Part shown: positions 42,693 to 51,609 of the stretch, one piece after another
How positions within the stretch are numbered: position 1 is the stretch's first letter
How the letters are laid out: each line of letters opens with the position of its first letter
Assembly: GCA_038231275.1 (NCBI GenBank)
Contig: JBBRLQ010000001.1
Coordinates: 320,001-384,000 of the forward strand
Source of the DNA: Polyangiales bacterium
Lineage (GTDB): Bacteria > Myxococcota_A > Polyangia > Polyangiales > Polyangiaceae
Reading direction: 5' to 3'
DNA length: 64,000 nt
Made by a program: the position numbers and the translations under genes
The notes under the pieces: model-generated
Databases searched by the model: none
What the model was told of the DNA's origin: nothing
Seen by the model: the letters and a program-made list of their open reading frames with translations, nothing else

Positions 42693-42749
42693 AAGGTCCT
42701 CGAGAACCGGGACCTCAACGAGCTCGGCAAGGCGTGACGCGCAGAGCGA

Positions 42750-43184
42750 TCAGAGCAGCTTCGCCGAGAGCGTGATCGGCGTCGCCGCGAGGGCCTTCGA
42801 GACCGGGCAGCCCTTCTTCGCGGTTTCGGCGATCGTCTGGAACTTGGCGGCGTCGATGCCCGGCACGCGCCCCTCGAGCTCGAGCGCGATGGTCTTGATC
42901 GCGAAGCCGCCCTCGACCTTTTGCAGATCGACCCCTGCCGTGACGCGAAGCTCCTCCGCGACGTGGCCAGCCTCGGTCAACGCGAAGGCGAGCGCCATCG
43001 CGAAGCAACCGGCGTGAGCGGCACCGATGAGCTCCTCCGGGTTGGTCCCCGCTTTGCCGTCCTCGCTCTGGAAGCGGGTGTTGAAGCCGTACGGCTGGTC
43101 CGTGAAGGCGCCGCTCTGCGTCGTGAGCGCGCCCTTTCCGTGAAGTCCGTCGCCCTGCCAACGTGCCGTGCTCTTGCGGATCAT
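42750..43184 (-). CDS. osmC: OsmC-family peroxiredoxin
   Basis: GTNPEELIGAAHAGCF, AKKGCPVSKAL; AAGGAG RBS. Confidence 0.95.
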   Translation of the reverse strand: MIRKSTARWQGDGLHGKGALTTQSGAFTDQPYGFNTRFQSEDGKAGTNPEELIGAAHAGCFAMALAFALTEAGHVAEELRVTAGVDLQKVEGGFAIKTIALELEGRVPGIDAAKFQTIAETAKKGCPVSKALAATPITLSAKLL

Positions 43185-43264
43185 GTCGATCTCCTTCTTG
43201 GGTCTCGGTCACTTAATGGACGCGGCCCCCGACCGCAATCCTGCCCGCGCTCTATACTCGAGCC

Positions 43265-45028
43265 GTGCCGCACTCTTCGGTCCGCCCACCCGACGACGCG
43301 CACGGCGCCGCGCGCGCGATCGTCGAGGGGTTCGACAAGCACTACCGTCTCTTTCGCACCATCAGCGCGCAGGCCAAGCAGCGCTTCGAACGCGGCGACT
43401 GGACCGGCGTGCAGCGCGCGAGCGTCGAGCGCATCGACATGTACGATCGCCGCGTCGAAGAGGGCGTGCGCCTCGTCAAGGAGCGCTGCCCCGCTGCGGT
43501 GAACGAGGCGCTGTGGCCGGCCATCCGGCTCGCCTTCATCACGCAGCTCGTGAACCACCAGCAGCCCGAGCTCGCGCAGACCTACTTCAACTCGGTCGCC
43601 ACGCGCGTGCTCGGTCGCGCCTACTACAAGAGCGACGTCATGTTCCGGCGCTCGGTGGTCTCGGCCGAGCACATCGAGTCGATCCAGAAGACGTGGACTT
43701 GCTACTACCCGCAGGATCAGGGTCTGCGCCCGATGATCCGGCAGGTGCTGACGGACCTTCAGCTCGCGAACGCGTGGGAGGATCTCGAGCGCGACATCCG
43801 CGCGATGATCCAAGCAATACTCGAGTTCGTGCCGGGCGCGCGCGAGGTCCACACCAACGCGCAGGTCCAGGTGCTCTCGTCCCTCTTCTACCGGAACCAG
43901 GCGGCGTACCTCATCGGCGTCATCATCAACGGACACGAGCGCACGCCGTTCGCGGTCCCGATTCGCCACAACGGCCGACGCGAGCTCTACATCGACGCGC
44001 TCCTCCTCCACCGCGCCGAGCTTGGCGCGCTCTTCTCCCTCGCGCGCGCGTACTTCAGGGTCGACATGGAGGTGCCGGCGGCGTTCATCTCGTTCTTGCG
44101 TTCGATCTTCCCCGACAAGGGGAACGCCGAGCTCTACACCGCGCTCGGCCTACAAAAGCAGGGCAAGACCCTCTTCTACCGCGACATGGTAGAGCACCTG
44201 CGGCACTCGTCGGACGACTTCGTCCCCGCGCCCGGCGTGCCCGGCATGGTGATGGTCGTCTTCACGCTGCCGTCGTTCCCCTACGTCTTCAAGGTCATCC
44301 GCGACGCCTTCGAGGCGCCCAAGGACTCCGATCGCGCGCGCGTCATGGCGCAGTACCAGCGCGTGAAGAACCACGATCGCGTGGGGCGCCTCGCCGACAC
44401 CCTGGAGTTCGCCGACGTCGCGTTTCCGCTGAGCCGCTTCTCGCCGGCGCTCCTCGAAGAATTGAACGCGAAGGCGGCGTCGGCGATCGAGCGCGTCGGC
44501 GATCGCGTCGTCATCAAGCACATGTACATCGAGCGGCGCATGACCCCGCTCGATCTCTACCTCCGCCAGGCGGGGGGCGACGAGGAAGCCCTGCGCCACG
44601 GCCTCCGCGAGTACGGCAACTGCGTCCGCGAGCTGGCCCTCGCCAACATCTTCCCTGGCGACTTGCTCCTCAAGAACTTCGGCGTCACGCGCTTCGGCCG
44701 CGTCGTCTTCTACGACTACGACGAGCTCGCGCTCCTCACCGAGTGCAACTTCCGCGATCTGCCGACGGCCGTGCACGACGAAGACGAGTATGCGGCGGAG
44801 CCGTGGTTCTCCGTCGCGCCGAACGACATCTTCCCCGAGGAGATCCCGAAGTTCCTCTTCCCCGAGGCGCGATGGAAGGCGATTTTCTTCGAGGAGCACC
44901 CGACGCTCTTCACGAGCGAGTTCTGGCGCACGACGCAGCGCCGGGTGGCGGCGGGAGAGCAGCTCGCGTTCTTTCCCTATCCGCTCACCCGCCGCTTCCC
45001 GCACGCGCACGTGGAGGCGGGGAGCTGA
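43265..45028 (+). CDS. aceK: Isocitrate dehydrogenase kinase/phosphatase
   Basis: AQTYFNSV, GKTLFYR, APGVPGMVM.VFTLP..VFKVIRD, HDRVGRLAD, NIFPGDLLLKNFGVTR, VVFYDYDE. Confidence 0.95.
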   Translation: MPHSSVRPPDDAHGAARAIVEGFDKHYRLFRTISAQAKQRFERGDWTGVQRASVERIDMYDRRVEEGVRLVKERCPAAVNEALWPAIRLAFITQLVNHQQPELAQTYFNSVATRVLGRAYYKSDVMFRRSVVSAEHIESIQKTWTCYYPQDQGLRPMIRQVLTDLQLANAWEDLERDIRAMIQAILEFVPGAREVHTNAQVQVLSSLFYRNQAAYLIGVIINGHERTPFAVPIRHNGRRELYIDALLLHRAELGALFSLARAYFRVDMEVPAAFISFLRSIFPDKGNAELYTALGLQKQGKTLFYRDMVEHLRHSSDDFVPAPGVPGMVMVVFTLPSFPYVFKVIRDAFEAPKDSDRARVMAQYQRVKNHDRVGRLADTLEFADVAFPLSRFSPALLEELNAKAASAIERVGDRVVIKHMYIERRMTPLDLYLRQAGGDEEALRHGLREYGNCVRELALANIFPGDLLLKNFGVTRFGRVVFYDYDELALLTECNFRDLPTAVHDEDEYAAEPWFSVAPNDIFPEEIPKFLFPEARWKAIFFEEHPTLFTSEFWRTTQRRVAAGEQLAFFPYPLTRRFPHAHVEAGS

Positions 45029-45035
45029 ACATCGC

Positions 45036-45225
45036 CTACTTCACGTCCCGCAGGACGAAGTCATCCTCCGCGTCGGGCATCAGGCGATGGCGATCGCGAA
45101 CGAACGCACGGATTGGCTCGGCGGACGCCCCGGCGCGTTTGCCAGATCGCGGTGTGAAACTCCGTGGCCACGAAGAGCGGCACAGTGAACAAGAGGAGAA
45201 GTGCGGCGCGGAGCAGCCGTGCCAT
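45036..45225 (-). CDS. Putative small membrane protein, possibly frameshifted
   Basis: TAGTGT 7 nt before ATG; MARLLRAALLLLFTVPLFVA; stops at about 45061 as read, or at 45036 if one base is removed near 45113. Confidence 0.35.
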
Positions 45226-45271
45226 CCAGGCCACACTACAGATTCAGCCGACCTGGCGCTCGTGCGCGTCG

Positions 45272-45541
45272 TCAGCGCAGTCGAGCGAGCTGACGTGCCG
45301 CGTTCGCGGCGAGCGAGGCAGGCGCAGAGCGCAACCGCGCGCGAAGCTCGTGGCTCGCGTGCTTCGACCGCGTGGGATCCATCTCACAAAACGTCATGCC
45401 GATCGTCAGCCCGAGGAGCACGCTGAGCACGAAGATACGCAGGCGCCCGAAGCGTAGGCGCATGAGCAGCGGACGCACGCTGTCGGGATCGACGAGCTCT
45501 ACGTCGTGCAGTGAGAGAAGGATGGTCGCTCGACTGTTCAT
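45272..45541 (-). CDS. Small hypothetical membrane protein
   Basis: GAGGG RBS before ATG; one TM (IFVLSVLLGLTIGMTF); 89 aa. Confidence 0.5.
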   Translation of the reverse strand: MNSRATILLSLHDVELVDPDSVRPLLMRLRFGRLRIFVLSVLLGLTIGMTFCEMDPTRSKHASHELRARLRSAPASLAANAARQLARLR

Positions 45542-45723
45542 TTGCCCCTCGCGACGTCGCGGCGAGGGGTTGCATGGACCGTGCGCACGGCGAGGCACGC
45601 GCGCTTTCGCGGATCTACGCGACGCCCTGGTTCGCGCGTGAACCAGGTCGCTGAGGGCCAACGGCAGCAACCCCCGTGTGGGATGCCGCCGCGCGAGCGC
45701 CGCACCTTCTCGGAGGAGCGGTG

Positions 45724-46704
45724 TCACGGCGTCAGCAGCCGCTCGCTCAGCTCCCAGAGACGCTGCGCGGAATCCGGATCGATCGAGCTCGACGCAACTT
45801 CGGACGGAATGCTGTCCGCGGTGAGGGTTCTCGGCTCGTCGTCGAGCCGGGAGATGTCATTGTCCTTCAGATAGACGCCTCCGATCTCGGCGAGCAGCGG
45901 ACTCGTCGCCGCGAACACGATGGTGCTCGCGCCTTGGGGCAGCGTCTTCTTGCCACGCTCCGGATCGATGATCGGCTTACCGGCTTCGTCGATCAGCCCC
46001 ATCGCCCGTAGCGCGTCTGGCCCCGCCGAGTTGTTCAAGCCCGTGCCGACGACGACCCCAGGATGCACCGCGTAGCCTCGGACTCCGTCTCCCGCCCAAC
46101 GGCGATCCAGCTCGACCGCGAACAGCACGTTGGCCTTCTTGGACTGCGCGTACGCGGCCCGAGAATCGTAGCCCGTGGCGAAGTTCGGATCGTCCCACCG
46201 GATCTGGCCGAACCGCTGCGCGCCGGACGACACGTTGACGACGCGGGCGCCATGCGCCGCGCGGAGGGCGGGCAAGAGGCCGAGCGTTAGCTGAAAATGA
46301 CCGAGGTGACTGGTGGCAAACTGCAATTCGTAGCCGCGCGCGTCCCGAACGAGCGTCTTCGAAGGAAGCGGAGCGGCGTTGTTGACGAGGATGTGGAGCG
46401 GACGCCGCGAGTCGAGCCAGCGGGTCGTGAACGCGTCGATCGACTTCGGGTCGAGAAGATCCAGTTGGCTGACGTCGACGCGTGCAAGTCCGGCGACCGC
46501 GCGGGCGGCGCGGTCCGGTTCGCGCGAGCCCACGGTGACGGACGCGCCAGCCTTGACGAGCGCGCGCGTCGTTTCGAGACCGAGCCCGGCGTGGCCGCCC
46601 GTGACGATGACGTTCTTGCCACCGAGGTCGATGCCGGCCAGGACCTCGTCCGCAGTCGACGCTGGGGTGAATCCGGTCCCGATGGGGTGCTGTTTGTGGA
46701 TCAT
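45724..46704 (-). CDS. Short-chain dehydrogenase/reductase (retinol dehydrogenase-like)
   Basis: TGGHAGLG, LVNNA, HLGHF, VSS, YAQSK, VHPG. Confidence 0.95.
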   Translation of the reverse strand: MIHKQHPIGTGFTPASTADEVLAGIDLGGKNVIVTGGHAGLGLETTRALVKAGASVTVGSREPDRAARAVAGLARVDVSQLDLLDPKSIDAFTTRWLDSRRPLHILVNNAAPLPSKTLVRDARGYELQFATSHLGHFQLTLGLLPALRAAHGARVVNVSSGAQRFGQIRWDDPNFATGYDSRAAYAQSKKANVLFAVELDRRWAGDGVRGYAVHPGVVVGTGLNNSAGPDALRAMGLIDEAGKPIIDPERGKKTLPQGASTIVFAATSPLLAEIGGVYLKDNDISRLDDEPRTLTADSIPSEVASSSIDPDSAQRLWELSERLLTP

Positions 46705-46790
46705 GTCACCCGTACTTACGGCTCGTGACGACTCTTCGATTGGAAGGATCGGACATTTCATCTTCGCGCCGGCTTGAACGCCAGGCTTGG

Positions 46791-47579
46791 ATGCGCGAGA
46801 ACGAAGGGGTGACGCAAACGATCGAGTCGATCTCGACCTTCCCGCTCTCGCGCTCGGTCGAGAGCGTTCGTTCCATCGCATCGATCGGCGGTCGCGCCCA
46901 TCGCGTCGATCGGCTCCCCGATGGCAGAACGTGCCTGGTCGTCCGCGTGATCGAGGGAGGGCGCGGCGGCGACGTGACCGTGGTGGGCCCGCGGACTCGC
47001 GCGCTACTCAAGGATGCGACCGGCTTCGTGCAGGCGGTGATCCTCCAATTCAAGCCTGGCTGGGGGACGCCACTGCTCGGCGTGGCCGCGAACGAGCTGA
47101 CCAACGAGTTCGTCACGCTCGAAAACATCTGGGGCCGCTCGGGTCGCGATCTCGCGTACGAGCTCCTCCGCGCGAAGAGCGTTCCGGAGATGCTCAATCG
47201 GGTCGCGCGCGCCTTCGCCGCCCGTACCCGGCAGACGTTCGAGCCCACGTCAGCACCGCTCGCGCGCCACGCGGCGCACATGATGGAAGAAGAGGAGGTC
47301 CAGGTCGGAAGCGTCGCGGCTCGCCTCGGTGTCACGACTCGGCACCTCCATCGAGCCTTCGCCGAGAACATCGGCATCGGGCCGAAAGCGTTCGCGCGGT
47401 CGGCTCGCCTTCAGCGCGCCGTGCGGAGGGCTGCGACCTCGAACGATTGGGCCCGCATCGCCGCCGACGCCGGCTACTACGACCAAGCGCACCTCATTGC
47501 CGACTTCCGGGAGCTCGTTGGCCTCACCCCGGGCGCCTTCGTCAAGCGCGCCCGCGAAGGCGGAGCTCAGTCCGGCTGA
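46791..47579 (+). CDS. AraC-family transcriptional regulator (divergent from the SDR gene)
   Basis: LPDG, VVGPRT, C-terminal HTH (GIGPKAFAR, GYYDQAHL..FRELVGLTPG). Confidence 0.92.
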   Translation: MRENEGVTQTIESISTFPLSRSVESVRSIASIGGRAHRVDRLPDGRTCLVVRVIEGGRGGDVTVVGPRTRALLKDATGFVQAVILQFKPGWGTPLLGVAANELTNEFVTLENIWGRSGRDLAYELLRAKSVPEMLNRVARAFAARTRQTFEPTSAPLARHAAHMMEEEEVQVGSVAARLGVTTRHLHRAFAENIGIGPKAFARSARLQRAVRRAATSNDWARIAADAGYYDQAHLIADFRELVGLTPGAFVKRAREGGAQSG

Positions 47580-47649
47580 GGGTGCTCGGTCGACGCTGCG
47601 GCGACAGGTCGAGGACGGGTGATCCGCGCCGGCACGCCGGACCGAAAAA

Positions 47650-47739
47650 TGGCGGAGGAGGAGAGATTCGAACTCCCGGACAGCTTGCACCGTCGGCGGT
47701 TTTCAAAACCGCTGCCTTAGACCACTCGGCCACTCCTCC
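47650..47739 (-). tRNA. tRNA-Ser (TGA), CCA encoded
   Basis: GGAGGAG acceptor; GCGGT-TTTGAAA-ACCGC anticodon arm; long variable arm; GTTCGAATC; GCCA end. Confidence 0.97.
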
Positions 47740-47935
47740 GAAGCTTGTTTTTAGCGGCTCGCGCTCATCGCGGCGAGTATCTTCGACCTCCTCGTCTCGC
47801 TGCCGGCAGTTCTACCCTAGGTGCGGAGGTGGAAATCCCCGCGTCTGTCGGTCGAGTCGTCCGCGGGCGGCGCCACGGCACGAATTGGCACGTGCTCCGC
47901 CGCGATTTTGCCGCGATTTGAGGGCACCTGGCGGG

Positions 47936-47951
47936 TGGCGCACGGGTTGCT
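47936..47951 (+). promoter_or_regulatory. Putative sigma54 (-24/-12) promoter
   Basis: TGGCGCACGGGTTGCT = GG-N10-GC with TTGC; ATG lies 12 nt downstream. Confidence 0.55.
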
Positions 47952-47962
47952 ACGTGACGCGC

Positions 47963-48631
47963 ATGCTTCGCCCCTTCAGAGCCCTGTTTTTGGCTGCGAC
48001 GATTGCGCCGGTCGCTGCGGCGTGCGGCGGCAAAGCTTCGTCGGACGGGGGCGCCGTCGGGTCGAGCGGGGCAGGCGGGTCCAGCGGCGGCGGAGGGACG
48101 TCCAGCGGCGCGAGCGGCGCGAATGGCGCGAGCGGCGCGAATGGCTCGAACGGCGCGAATGGTTCGAGCGGCGGCCAGGGGAGCACGTGCGAAGGGGACC
48201 TGGCCGGCCCCTGCATGGTGTGCAACGGCGGCTTCGCGAGCACGGTCCCGCCACGTTGCCGTCCAGGCGAGTGGATGCAATGCCCGGCCGGCAGCACCGA
48301 GGTCATCTGTTCGGGCGGCACGCTCGGCGCTGCATGCGATCCGACGACGGGCGCGCCGGGCTGCGCATCCCAAGCGCCGCACTGCGGGTCGAAGCAGTGC
48401 ACGTTGAACCAGGTCTGCGTCCGCCTCGGCGACGCGGACGGTGGCAGCGACGCGGGCTCGGCCTTCTCTTGCGAGCCGTTTCCCGGGGCGTGCGCAGTGC
48501 CGAACGTTACGCGCGCAGAGCAGTGCACGTGCCTTGCGGGCCACCTCTCGCCCGACGCCGGCGGGACGACGTGTGCGAGCTACACGTGCGACCAAACGAG
48601 CGGGCGACCCGAGCTCACCTGCCAGCGCTGA
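47963..48631 (+). CDS. Cys-rich lipoprotein with Gly/Ser/Ala/Asn repeat linker
   Basis: Lipobox [24 protein letters not shown]; many Cys. Confidence 0.75.
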   Translation: MLRPFRALFLAATIAPVAAACGGKASSDGGAVGSSGAGGSSGGGGTSSGASGANGASGANGSNGANGSSGGQGSTCEGDLAGPCMVCNGGFASTVPPRCRPGEWMQCPAGSTEVICSGGTLGAACDPTTGAPGCASQAPHCGSKQCTLNQVCVRLGDADGGSDAGSAFSCEPFPGACAVPNVTRAEQCTCLAGHLSPDAGGTTCASYTCDQTSGRPELTCQR

Positions 48632-48786
48632 ATGAAGCGAAGCGCAGCGGAGCGAAACGACTCCTGACGGAGAGGCCGGCATGGCGCCGGCGGCGACGGA
48701 CTGCGGGGCGCGAGGCGGCGATCGGGGGGGGCTACCGCTATGCCGAACAATGCGTATGTTCGTCGTCATACCGGAGAAAAGACCCC

Positions 48787-49485
48787 ATGATGACCCTCAG
48801 GCGCGCAAACGAGCGTGGCCACGCCGAGCACGGCTGGCTCGACAGCTACCACACGTTTTCGTTCGCAGATTACCACGACGACGAGCACATGGGCTTCCGC
48901 GCCCTGCGCGTCATCAACGAGGATCGCGTCGCGCCGGGCAAGGGATTCGGCACGCACGGGCATCAGGACATGGAGATCATCTCGTACGTTCTCGAAGGTG
49001 CCCTCGAGCACAAGGACTCGATCGGCACCGGCAGCGTCATCCGCCCCGGCGACGTGCAGCGCATGAGCGCGGGCACCGGCGTTCGCCACAGCGAGTTCAA
49101 CGCGTCGAAGGAGGAGCAGGTCCACTTCCTCCAGATTTGGATCACCCCCGACAAGGCCGGCCACGCGCCGGGCTACGAAGAGAAGAGATTCACCGTGGAG
49201 GACAAGCAGGGGCGCCTCCGCCTCGTGGCGTCTCCCGACGGACGCGACGGGAGCGTGACCATCCACCAGGACGCGACGCTCTACGCCGGCGTCTTCAAAG
49301 AGGGCGAGCGCGCGACGTTCGAGATCGCGCCGAGGCGGTACGCGTGGGTCCACGTCGCGAAGGGCTCGGTGCGCGTGAACGGCGAGGTCCTGCGCGCCGG
49401 AGACGCCGCGTCGTTCGACGAGGCCGGGAAGATCGAGATCTCCGGGCAAGACGCCGGCGAGGTGCTCCTCTTCGATTTGGCCTAA
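48787..49485 (+). CDS. Pirin family protein (YhhW-like)
   Basis: [48 protein letters not shown]. Confidence 0.95.
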   Translation: MMTLRRANERGHAEHGWLDSYHTFSFADYHDDEHMGFRALRVINEDRVAPGKGFGTHGHQDMEIISYVLEGALEHKDSIGTGSVIRPGDVQRMSAGTGVRHSEFNASKEEQVHFLQIWITPDKAGHAPGYEEKRFTVEDKQGRLRLVASPDGRDGSVTIHQDATLYAGVFKEGERATFEIAPRRYAWVHVAKGSVRVNGEVLRAGDAASFDEAGKIEISGQDAGEVLLFDLA

Positions 49486-49518
49486 TTTCAGCCCGATCGA
49501 GGCTGACGAGCGGCTCGC

Positions 49519-50043
49519 TCAGTCGTTCTTCGCGCCGCCGGCGATCCAGCTCGCGATGAGCGCCGCGTCGTCGGCGCCGAGCGCCGGGCCTCCGAGCGGC
49601 ATCTTTCCGCCGCATGGCGTCGGGGTGCCGGGGTTGATCTTCTGAAAGAGGATGCTCGCCCCTGTGTCGCCCGGCGTGACGCGCGTGCCCTTGCCGCCGC
49701 ACTCGATGCCCGACGTCGGCGTGCCGACGAGGTTGGTGTAGGCGGCGGCCTTGCTCGTCATGTCGAGGTGTCCGTCGGTGACGCCCGCGCCGGTCGCGGT
49801 CGTGTGGCAGAGGATGCATTTGATCTGGATGATGTCCGTGTAGATCTGCGTGAACGTCGCGGGCGTGGTCGCGTCGCCGCCGGCGTCCCCGCTGCCGCTC
49901 GATCCACTGGAGCCACTCGAGCCACTGGACCCGCTCGATCCGCTGGAGCCGGCGTCGACGTTGGGCGGGTTGCTCTTCGAGCTGCTCGAGCAGCCGGCGG
50001 CAACGGCGAGCGCCGCGATCACGATCGAGCCGAAAAACCGCAT
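49519..50043 (-). CDS. Monoheme c-type cytochrome lipoprotein
   Basis: GAGGAG RBS; lipobox AAGC; SSG repeats; CILCH; KMP; WIAGGA. Confidence 0.8.
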   Translation of the reverse strand: MRFFGSIVIAALAVAAGCSSSSKSNPPNVDAGSSGSSGSSGSSGSSGSSGSGDAGGDATTPATFTQIYTDIIQIKCILCHTTATGAGVTDGHLDMTSKAAAYTNLVGTPTSGIECGGKGTRVTPGDTGASILFQKINPGTPTPCGGKMPLGGPALGADDAALIASWIAGGAKND

Positions 50044-50054
50044 GAACGTGCTCC

Positions 50055-50792
50055 TCAAAAGGTGTACCGAAGCGCCAGCGCGGCGTCGATCATGAGCGGT
50101 GTGTCGCTCACCGCGCCGGTCTTGGCGAAACCCTTCGCGTCACGAATGCCGCCGCCGACGCCGAGCGCGAGGTGGCGGTCGACCATGTACCACTCGACGC
50201 CGATGCGCGCGCCGAGGTAGAGGCCGAGCGACTCGGCGTCCTTGAAGCCGAGGTACGCGAACGCGCTCTTCGCGATGTCCGCCTTCATCGCGCCGAGGCT
50301 GCCTTGCCCGTAGAGCGCGACGCGCTCGCTCACGTGCACCGTGAGCCGCGCGCCGCCGCCGAAGCCGTAAATGGGAAACGCGCGCGCCTTCGAGGGATCT
50401 TGCGCGACGGACGTGTCGGTCAGCGCGATCTCGCCTTCGCCGAAGAGGAGCAGCCACTTGAAGAGCTCGTAGCCGGCGTCGACCTGAAACCACGGCGCGG
50501 TCGGCGCGACCTGACGGAAGCGCCCCAAAAAAGCGAGCGCGCCGATGCGCGACTCGACGACGATCCCTTTTTTCCGCGGGATCGGCGGCGGTGCGTCCTC
50601 CTCTTGAGGCGCGGCGGGCACGGCAGCTGTGGGAGACGACGGAGACGGGTTCGCGTCGGCCTTCACCGCGGCCTCGATCTGCTCCTCCGTCGGCGCGGGC
50701 GCAGGCTCCGCGGCGCGCGCGCGCGAGGTGAAGGCCGTCGCGAAGAGCGACGCCGCGAGGAGGACGGCACGGGCCACACCGACGCGCATCAC
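50055..50792 (-). CDS. Predicted small outer-membrane beta-barrel protein
   Basis: Signal ending ARA; Pro-rich linker; amphipathic strands; terminal LRYTF. Confidence 0.7.
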   Translation of the reverse strand: MMRVGVARAVLLAASLFATAFTSRARAAEPAPAPTEEQIEAAVKADANPSPSSPTAAVPAAPQEEDAPPPIPRKKGIVVESRIGALAFLGRFRQVAPTAPWFQVDAGYELFKWLLLFGEGEIALTDTSVAQDPSKARAFPIYGFGGGARLTVHVSERVALYGQGSLGAMKADIAKSAFAYLGFKDAESLGLYLGARIGVEWYMVDRHLALGVGGGIRDAKGFAKTGAVSDTPLMIDAALALRYTF

Positions 50793-50811
50793 GCCGAGGA
50801 TACCGAAGAAG

Positions 50812-51579
50812 CTACTTGAGCAGCCACCCGAACAGCATGTGCTTCGTCGTTTGCCGGGAAACCTGGGCGATCGAGTCGACCAGCGGGATCTCCTTCGGGC
50901 AGACCTCGACGCAGTTCTGCGCCTTGCCGCACCCGTCGACGCCGCCCTCGTCCATCAAGGCCTCGAGGCGCTCGGCCGCGTGCATCTTGCCGCTCGGGTG
51001 CAGGTTGAAGAGGCGCACCTGGTTGATCGCCGCGGGGCCGATGAACGTCGAGCGCGCGTTCACCTGCGGGCACGCCTCGAGGCAGCAGCCGCACGTCATG
51101 CAGCGCGAGAGCGGGTACGCCTCCTCCTGGTTCTCCTGCGACTGGCGAGGACCGGGGCCGAGCTCGTGCGAGCCGTCGAGGTTGACCCACGCCTTCACGC
51201 GCTTCAGGTCCTCGAACATGCGCGATCGATCGACGGCGAGATCGCGCACGAGCGGGAACTTCGTCATCGGCTCGAGCGTGATGGTCTGCCCTTCGGGCGC
51301 GATCTGATCGACGAGCGCGGTGCACGACTGGCGCACGCGGCCGTTCACGAGCATCGTGCACGCGCCGCACACCTCTTCGAGGCAGCTCGCCTCCCACACC
51401 ACCGGCGCGACCTTCGTGCCGTCGGCGGTGACGGGGTGACGCTGGATGTGCATGAGCGCGCTGATGACGTTCATTTGCGGGAGCCACGGGACGGTGAACT
51501 CTTCCCAACGGCGCGTGCTCGGATCGTCGGGGCCGTCCTGGCGGCGGATTTTCAGGCGAACGGTGCGTTCGATGGCCAT
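50812..51579 (-). CDS. sdhB: Succinate dehydrogenase iron-sulfur subunit
   Basis: SCLEEVCGAC, CMTCGCCLEACP, CGKAQNCVEVCP. Confidence 0.96.
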   Translation of the reverse strand: MAIERTVRLKIRRQDGPDDPSTRRWEEFTVPWLPQMNVISALMHIQRHPVTADGTKVAPVVWEASCLEEVCGACTMLVNGRVRQSCTALVDQIAPEGQTITLEPMTKFPLVRDLAVDRSRMFEDLKRVKAWVNLDGSHELGPGPRQSQENQEEAYPLSRCMTCGCCLEACPQVNARSTFIGPAAINQVRLFNLHPSGKMHAAERLEALMDEGGVDGCGKAQNCVEVCPKEIPLVDSIAQVSRQTTKHMLFGWLLK

Positions 51580-51609
51580 CGCGATCTCCAGGCTCCTTCT
51601 TCGAGTCCG

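Noticed and set aside
37902-47649. Genomic island between the two tRNA-Ser genes
   Set aside because: No integrase, no duplicated tRNA 3' end seen, and composition is host-like, although the gene content looks accessory.
48100-49950. 9-bp periodic repeats in lipoprotein genes (GAN/GAS and SSG; also 20420-20500)
   Set aside because: Explained by in-frame Gly/Ser linker coding.
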